Positions 54,928-64,000 of a stretch of 64,000 bases of DNA are shown here, piece after piece (position 1 is the first letter of the stretch; every line of letters starts with the position of its first letter). The notes beneath the pieces were generated by a model, which did not search any database, was not told where the DNA came from, and saw only the letters and a program-made list of their open reading frames with translations. A program made the position numbers and the translations under genes. The DNA comes from Eledone cirrhosa (Eukaryota). The DNA lies in contig OZ024742.1 in the NCBI GenBank assembly GCA_964016885.1, positions 124,310,001 through 124,374,000 on the forward strand, written 5' to 3'.

Positions 54928-57701
54928 GAGTGCTCAATATCTAAGCAGTAAGATTCCATGGGATTTTATGTTTGAAGTCTGGATTAATATGATGTAACTG
55001 ACTCCAGTATCAATCAGCTCACCAGACCTCTTGATTTGAAGTAAAACATTTTCACGTTTAGTTGTGAATATAAATATACTAAATTGAATCTTCATTTCCA
55101 CACATATATATAAATATATATATACTGAACAGTGTTAAACCATCAGCTATTGTTGGTATTTATTTTCAGCTGTGTATACAAGAGCAACGTGAAATTAGTT
55201 TCCTTGCTTAGAAGCACCACAGGCATCCCAGTCAATGAATGAAACCCACGCCATTATAATAATATTTCTAATATCGTTACCACTAAGGGAGGCGCATTCA
55301 CATTCACAGTGTACATTGGAAATACATATGAGTTTCACAAACAAATAAAGATAGACAAATTATATTTCACACATTATTTTTGATAGATTCTTCTCGTGTG
55401 AAATTTGTTGAGGAATTTCTCTGCTCCAGGTTTTATGTAGTTCTTTTCTGATCAATCTCGACTTCTGATATTCAATTGTATTGTCTGGCAAGCTGCAATA
55501 ATATTTCATTCGGAACGTATAACATTTTAAAGATGTAGAAGTAATTTTGTAAAGCGGTCTAACAACGGTATCATTTAATAATATTTATTCTTAAATTATT
55601 GTGTTTAAATGACAATTCCAAAATTGCATTCTATACTATAAATGTGTTTTTATTTTTTTATTTTCCAGTTAACCCGCTCTATGAAGATCGATTATAAGCC
55701 ATATATGATATGGCGACGGTTCCCTATTAAGCTGTTTACATCTCGCCTCTTTACTCTGCTGCTTCGGCGACCATACATCTACGCAGATTTTCACTTGTGA
55801 CCTTCACACTCCAGCCAACTCGTCAGATGAAGGTAGAAAGAAGAGACATGGAAAACTTACGGAGGGAAAATAGTGTGGAAGAATGGAAAACTATAAAGAA
55901 GGGTTGCACCAAAAATAACATCTATTCAAATTAAGTATATCCCGCAACAGCTGTCCTTATTTTCTTGAACGATAATCTAACCAAAATGGAGAGTTCTGAT
56001 ACAAACACAAAATAGGGATATGATATGAGATTTTTCATCTCAAATTTCCTGCCTTTAGAAAGAAAGAGAATTTTATACGAAAAATGATGAGAAGTGAATA
56101 ATAGTGTAAGAGAGTTCGGTGATTGTTTGTGTCGTTTGGTTGTAAGGGAATAACGAGGAAAACTAGTTTGTTCAATGAATGTAGGATTTAAAAATATTTT
56201 TATGTTTTTTTTTCACTTTACTTTTCCGTTTTCTTAGGATTTTATGTTTTCATTTTTTGCTTGTTCTTTTGATTTTTTCATGTTGACAATGGTGGGAGAA
56301 AATAAGTTGCTGGTTTCGCTTAATTTTTCTTTTGTTATCTGGTGGTTAACAAAATATGTCAGAACAGCACTTCATTGGACACTGAGTTGATGAGTTTTCT
56401 ACATCAGATAGCACAGGACAACACAAGAGAAATGAAGGTAAAAAATTGCATAGCGCACAGAAAGGAAATCGATTATTGGATTACAGATAGCGAAGTGCAA
56501 TCATTAGAATCGATAAGTAATCAATAGTGTATATACATGTCTGGTAGCAATACATAATTATAGTATCAGTAGTAATTTTTATGCAGCATCATCGATAAAA
56601 AAAAGCTTTTGATATTTTTTCTATCGGCATTTCAAATACAGGCTTACACAGATGTATGCACGTGTGTGCAGTTGAAAGCAAGAATTTGGGCTTTGACGAG
56701 CGATAGTTTTAAATATCTGCTGGTCCGAGTGGGTATAATGTAAATGAAAGACAAGAGAAATTCTAATATCTGATAATACCGTTCTGCAGTTGACGAGACG
56801 TCTTTTTGTAAAAGAAATCTTACAAGAAGGACTTCAATTGAACAGGCATCGATTTATACTGGAAAGGGTATTAATCAAAAGATATATTGAATCATAAGTC
56901 GTAATAAATGTTAGCGATGTATTGGAATAACGCTCTTATAAGCAGCCCATTGTTATTCGCCACACGCCATAAAATAAGCGTTTGATTTTTTTCCAGATAT
57001 ATGAATTATATTTTCTAAACCTGTAAAATACATGTATTTGGATACAATGCAGGAATGCGTCAATATTTATTTAAACATTTCTTTAGATGTAATATAATAC
57101 TTTCGTTATTCAATTCCCAATCATAGGTCAAGCTTCAGGTTTTCGAACATTTATAGCAAGAGTTTCTTTAAGGTCTATGTTTCCATGAGATGGTAATAGT
57201 ATCAAAAGAAATATGAGTTACATACAGACATTTCTAAACAAAAGTAATTAAATAAATGCTATTCAAGTAACGGCATGAAACTATAGAATCCGAGGAATCT
57301 AGCGATGGTATTTGATGGCTAGCAATAAGTGTAAAAGATACACAATTGTGTAGTAGAAAATCCATTGTTGAAGAGAAAACCCTAAACGTTTCGGGTAAGC
57401 GCTGTTCATTGGAGAAATGATAATTATGAAATATATTTTATAAATATAAATATTAATTATAGTATACTAACCAGATATGTAAAAATGAACTTATGTTTCT
57501 AATGAGAAACTAGAAATACACGCACATATTAAAACTATTCAAAAGCATTACTTATCTAAATATCCCATGAAATTAAGAGAAAGTTTACAACATAGAATCA
57601 ACATATCCAGGGTGTTAATTGCTCAACATATTTGGAGTAGGTAGATATTTAACGGCTTCGATCGTTATATTTACCTGAACGCAATTAAAAGTCGCATGCA
57701 C

Positions 57702-57800
<99 letters not shown>

Positions 57801-57818
57801 ATATACATATATATATAC

Positions 57819-57909
<91 letters not shown>

Positions 57910-58644
57910 CGTGTGTGTGTGTGTGCATACACACACATATCTCTCTATATATATATATACATATATAAATAAATAAATAAATATATATATATATGAATGT
58001 GTGTGTGTTTGTGTGCGTGTGTATGTATAATATACATTGTATATATAATCAAATATGTATATGCTTGTGTGTGTGTTTGTATGTGTTGTGATTTTGTGCA
58101 TCGATTATAGATGAATATTCTGCACACGTTCATTCTGGGTGTCTGTATCATCTGTTCAATGTATGTAACGTCTAGGAAAACAAAGTTAGCTATCTTATTC
58201 CAGTTCTATATTATCTATCTATATATCTAATCACATCTCCGTTTATGGAATGCCATAAATATTATAATATTTATAATTATATTAATTGCTATTATCTTCA
58301 TGCAGTTTTAGTTAAAAGCTATGAATTAAGTTAGTTAGTTTCATTTGAACTACTTTCCATGCTTTTACTTCTAGTTTTAGCCACTTCAAAATACGAGTGT
58401 CAAGAGAAAAATCCATCACAACGATTGCACCTGTCTTCCTAGTGCTACGAGAGTCAAAGGCGCAGCTTATATATATTTACAAAACTAATAGAAACACTTT
58501 AAATGATTCAAAACGCGAAAGGGGAATTTACAACATCAAATATTAATACAATCATGTCTGAGTATATGAAAGATAGGTTTGATTGCAAGGTTTTGAATAA
58601 TTTCAAAGTTCATTGTCGAGTGCTCTGCCATTTTTACCAATCAC

Positions 58645-58676
<32 letters not shown>

Positions 58677-59489
58677 TCACATACACACACACACGCACTC
58701 ACAGCCATATTTCCCTACATTTCCAAATTAATATATTCATTAATATTGATTAATTTCATTTGTCGATTGTATTAATTATATAGACATTATCATAATTAGT
58801 ATTACATATTATACTGTAAGGTGTTTGTAAAAGGAAACGACATTAATTTTAAACATGAAATTTTTTATGCAATAGTGCCATGTTCAGAGGAAATGGGCTC
58901 ATGTTTCCATAGATCACTTTCAAATATTTCCTCAAAGTAGATATCTTTTAACATATAAAAATAGATACACATATAAAAATAGATACACATATAAAAAGAG
59001 GAAGAAAATACCTATGGCACGTAATCATTTTAGAGTATTTTGAGAAGTTTTTTGTAATCAGAATATTTAATTCTCAAGTGGAGCAAATAGTTGTTTCGTA
59101 GAGTTTGAGGACGGATAAGGACTACTTAGATGGCTTTTCACAAAAAATATCCGTAGTGATGCGTCATCCACAAACTCGCACACATATTGTCTGTGTGCAG
59201 ATAAAAGAAAGTAGCGCAGTCCACATTAAATACAATGTACAGTTTAATTACATTGCCTAGGTTCAAGTAGATTTTCATTACTATCCATTGTTGTTAACAT
59301 GCGTAATATTGTGCATGATCCCTTAATAAAAAAATACAGCCATTAATCTTAGTTGCAATTCCTGTTTAAGCCAAAGGAGACACCCGGATTCTAAATTTAT
59401 TAAGAATTCACTGGAGGTACGTATAGAACATTCTAACTATTATTTCACAAGGACAATAACAATATCAGACACGTTCAGTCAGTAATACC

Positions 59490-59665
59490 CTATCCAATCC
59501 AATCCACGGCCGTCTCACTCATATTGAAAGGAACCCTTCCTTGGTCAACTTCCACCGCTTTCTCTTTGATTTTGTTCATGACAAAGCTGTAGCCGTAATC
59601 ACCACGCTTGGCTAATTGTGGGTTGGTGAGTCTATTTAAACCAGAGTTGGGGTGGATGGCTGTTG
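59490..59665 (-). repeat. Unclassified interspersed repeat, homologous to 12925-13095
   Basis: See 12925-13095. Confidence 0.6.
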
Positions 59666-60470
59666 ACACTGATGATTTATCCGCCCTTTTAACAGCATAT
59701 ATATTGAACTTAACATTTCCTCGTGTTGAACATTATACTGTAAACCTGCTATGTTGTGTCTAGAATTCTCAGAATATATATTATTAGCACGAAGATATAT
59801 ACTGAAAATGATTGCCGTTATAGAACTTTGTAGAAAACATATTCGTTCGTTTTATTAATGTGTGATTAATTCAGCTGTGTTTGAATTAAGCTACAATCAA
59901 AACATCGCAGGTGTGATCATCCATCCCGTGCATGGAACAATGGAACAAAGCGTAGTCACAAATATATACACATATTAGAAACAAATAGTTGCTTGACCAT
60001 TTTTGCTATGAAGATGCAAGAGGAAAAGATGAAGTGTTTCACCATATAATATAACGTCGTAATAAGAATAAAAGGTTAATATTAATAATAATATTAATAA
60101 TTGTTTCTACTTTTTTTATTGTTTCTACTTTAATAATATTAATAATAATATCAATGATAATTACTTATTTCATTAATGATAATGACAATTATAATGATGT
60201 ATTAGTACAGGGGCTTATTTAAAAAGGCACGCATGGTGTATTTGAATAATTTTAATACTAATATTTTCTTTGAAATACGGTGGCGTCATATATAATGAAA
60301 AATACAGAATGAAAACAACATAGGATTGTACTTTCCAACCTTTGTCTCCGTCTCTCTCTCTCTCTTTATATATATACATATGTAAATGTTTGTGTGTGTT
60401 TCTGTCTGTCTGTGTGTATGTTTGTGTGTGAGTGTGTGTATAATTATATGGACACGGACACACACAGATG

Positions 60471-60523
<53 letters not shown>

Positions 60524-61592
60524 ATATATTTAAACATCAGTACGCATATATTCAACAAGACTGTTAGTATGTGAATATAATTATCGTGTTCCAAAATCTA
60601 GTCCTCAGATAGATGACAGTCCATACATAACACCGTCAATATCTAGGCTATTCCACTGAGATTAAACTCCGATATCGTTGAGACTACCCAACATCAGATA
60701 AAATGTGATTGCACAACTGGTTAACGACCGGATAGCGAGATTTATGAGTTTAAACCATTTTGGAGAAAGAATAAATGCAAATGTATGAGTAACGAGACAA
60801 GTGTTGTATCGACGTTCATATTGGGTTATGAAAACATTACAAGTTATATTTCACTAGGCTATAAATATTACTGAAGAGAAACATACATTTAGAGCTAGAA
60901 CAGACAAAGGAATATCAGTTTGCATGTACCGGCCAATATATCCTGCATTGAAATATTGTTTGGTTATCTGATCATCGGTTGCCCACTCAGCCGTTTCCAC
61001 GCCCTGGGAAATTAACTCGGATAAGACTAAGGAAGTATTTAAACGACGGAAAACCGAAGGCATTTTTTAAAGTGCAGAATTCATAAGTAGCAGCAAAAAT
61101 AAATACTGGTGAGTAAATTACCTAGTTGAAAATGGGTTATCTATGATTTGGATCAACGCATTAACACTGCATTAACGAAATATTTTTCAGGCAAATGCGA
61201 GCGTATTATTTAAATTATTTATGGGAGAGTTTACACCATTACACACACATTATATTAGTAGAATGAAAGGTTACCATATTTCTGACGTCAGACATAGTGA
61301 GTATTTATTAGATTAAGTCGTAGTTTTCTTTAAATGTTTATCAGGTACATTTTATTACTCGCGCTATTGATATTGCCAGTCCATATGTTCATAATAAGTC
61401 GTAATGATTTATGTATTTCATGCACTGAAATAAATTTAATTATCATTCATTGAAACCACTCTATTAAGATACTGACATGTGTTTGATCGAATTCTAAATA
61501 TTCGAAGGTAAATTTAACACGGAATAGAACTCAGAATGATTAGTGAGGAGATTACATTTTTGCCGTAGTAATATTCTTAACTCTAATATTAA

Positions 61593-62309
61593 ATTATTAT
61601 TATTATTATTGTTATTCCTTGAATCTCAGTCATTGATGTTGGTTAACTGGAAAGTCCGTTGGATTGAATATCAAGCCACTACCTGCAGCCTCAGATATTC
61701 AGGACGTATCGGAGGGTTCTTGCCGTTCCAAGCAAGCATGCCTTTTGAAGCGTTCCAAAAAGCGTGAAGGGGCCGATTTTCTTTAACCATCCCTGGAAAC
61801 CTTTGGAGATAGTCCCCAGTGCGCCTATGACAATCGGGATCACTTTGACTTCATGGCAGTTCCAAATCCTTTTCACCTCCCACTTTAGGTCCTGGTATCG
61901 GTTAATTTTCTCCCTCTCCTTCTCTTGCACTCTCGTGTCGAACGGGCAGGCCACATCCACAATCAGGCACGATCTTTTTTCTTTGTCCACAACCACCAGG
62001 TCAGGTCTATTGTGTTCCAGTTTTTTGTCCGTCTGTATCCTAAAATCCCACAGCACCTTCACCTGACTGTTCTCCATCACCGCCTCTGGCCTATGCTCAT
62101 ACCATTTCTCAGAATGTGGTAGATTGTTTACTTTGCACAGGTGCCAGTGGATCACCCTGCCCATCACATCGTGTCTCCAGCCCTTATAGTGGGTCTGGGC
62201 TAGGTGTTTACACTCGGACACAATGTGAGCCACAGTCTCCTCTCTCTCTCCACAGATCCTGCACAGTGGGCTAGCCTCCTCCTTGTAGATATGGTGCTTC
62301 AACCACTTC

Positions 62310-62310
<1 letters not shown>
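61593..62310 (-). mobile_element. Young 5'-truncated R4/Dong-like RLE LINE with (TAA)n tail
   Basis: Open 203-aa ORF 61691-62302: CRICGEREETVAHIVSEC (CCHC), WRHD, HNRPDLVV, IVDVACPFD, KINRYQDL, IPIVIGALG. Tail at 61593-61615. Confidence 0.9.
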
Positions 62311-62311
<1 letters not shown>

Positions 62312-62370
<59 letters not shown>

Positions 62371-64000
62371 GTATAGTTGCATGTATCTTGCTTTATGTTC
62401 ATACGAGTTATCACCAAGTTACAACCTGTGACCCCAAGAGACAACAAGGTCCGCCATGTTCAAGAAAGAACATACATACACCCACATGCATCTTTAGGTG
62501 TTTAGACTTGTGATGTACTTGTATTAACAGAATCTTCCTTAGTATATGGGCAGTTCCCATTGGTACTATCTTTTGTATTACTCCTATACGCGGGTTTCCT
62601 GGGATAAGTAATCATTAGACCCCTTAGGTATCATTTCTAGAGCGCCTACAACCACTGGTATTGTTTTAGTTCTCAATTTCCAAATTTTTCCAATTTCTAT
62701 CTCCAGGTCCTTATACATACTCAATTTTTCAAATGTTTTTATAGATACATTCTTGTCTATTGAAACGGACATATCAATTAGCAGGCATACCCTCTTTTTA
62801 AAGTCCTTCAGTATCATATCCGGTCTATTTGCATCTACATTTCGGTCTGTTTGGATGCTAAAGATCCACAAGATTGAGATGTATTCTTTTTCAAGTACGG
62901 GAGGTGTTTGATGCTCCCACAAATTCTTTTGATGGGGCAGGTCAAAATGCTTACACATTATCCAATGTATGTATTGTGCATCTCTGTCGTGCATGATTAG
63001 GTATTCGGTTCGAGCTATAGGACTGCACATTGAAATTATATGATCAATGGTATCTGGTTGTTTTTTACATACACGGCATAATTGGTTGCATCCATTTGTT
63101 ATTATGTTGGCTTGGTAATATTTTGTTGGCAGACACTCATCTTTTGCTGATATAATTAGTCCTTCAATCTCCGATTTCAGTGCAGAGGATGCCAACAACT
63201 GACGGGTTAAAGTTTTGTCAACATCAGGATTGTTAGCTCTTTCTGTGTGTTTTCCATACAGAGGCTTTTCTTGCCATTTCTTAGCCAGTTTCTGTAGCAG
63301 TTCTTTCTTTATAGTTACTTTTACCTGCTTTGCTTTTTCTCGGTTTTCCATTTAAGCAGTAAATGGGACTTCTGAAATTTGTAATCCATTACTGTATATT
63401 TGTGCATCTTTTGTAATGGAGTATGATCTTTTGAAGCTTTCGTGTTTCAAAACGAGTCTGATCATCCAATCATGTGATTCCCTTATATACGTAGATAATC
63501 CAATTGTTGGAGTTTTGAACGCAATATCTAACTGGATTAACCCACGTCCTCCTTCCCTTCCTGGGGAGATATATTCTATCTGCATCTGCCTTAGGGTGAT
63601 GCATTCTGTGCATGGTTAAAACTTTTCTAATGTTTGTATTGAGCCTACGGATCTCTGTGATTGAACAGTTGATGACATTGTAACTGTAGGTTACTACTGG
63701 TATGGCAAGCGTGTTTATGGCATCGATCCTGTTCCTTGCATTCAATTCCGTTCTAAAGATTACTCTTACTCTGCGGTAACATTCCTTCCTTATCATTTCC
63801 CTCATTGTCGAGTGCTTGATTCCGTCTCCTTCACAAATACCTAGATATTTATAAGTTTATTTGATCAAGTTCTCTTATCAAGATCAAGATTAACGTCTGA
63901 ACTTTTCTGCAACTTTCCTCTGGTTAACGTTGCTTTGGCGCATGTATCTGGCCCAAACTCCATTTTAATGTCATCACTGAACTGCTTCACAGTGGATAAT
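62312..64000 (-). mobile_element. Decayed R4/Dong-like RLE LINE of a second family; runs off the window end; (TAA)n tail 62312-62370
   Basis: FSDDIKMEFG, YKYLGI, AINTLAIPV, EGGRGL, CRVCKKQPDTIDHIISMC, ANRPDMI, IDMSVS, KLSMYKDL, IPVVVGAL, with frameshifts. Confidence 0.9.

Noticed and set aside
60854-61063. 69-aa ATG ORF on the minus strand
   Set aside because: No motif, homolog or splice support visible; the length is compatible with chance.

Overview
AT-rich eukaryotic repeat-dense DNA with no confidently identifiable host gene, rRNA, tRNA gene or CRISPR array. The SINE family and microsatellite load suggest an octopus or other cephalopod (inference). Contents: a CRE-like non-LTR 3' end (1-1328); a tandemly triplicated RTE-like unit (2271-4564); a decayed Helitron Rep/Pif1 element (~14990-19138, minus); three R4/Dong-like RLE LINE fragments; many tRNA-derived SINEs; six Penelope-like element (PLE) remnants with RT and/or GIY-YIG coding sequence; and about a dozen short ORF-less fold-back elements. 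The main pattern is that PLE-derived pieces from many unrelated families sit in or beside (TA)n tracts with one shared architecture: (TA)n - inverted partial pseudo-LTR - truncated sense copy with 3' tail - (TA)n. About 20 hammerhead ribozyme (HHR) motifs, intact or decayed, can be read by eye in these pseudo-LTRs. Two have the compensated U3-A8 core (TTGAnAA), and one mini-element starts almost exactly at the predicted ribozyme cleavage site. Most ORFs in the supplied track are microsatellite or antisense artefacts. All calls are by eye; no database search or folding program was run.
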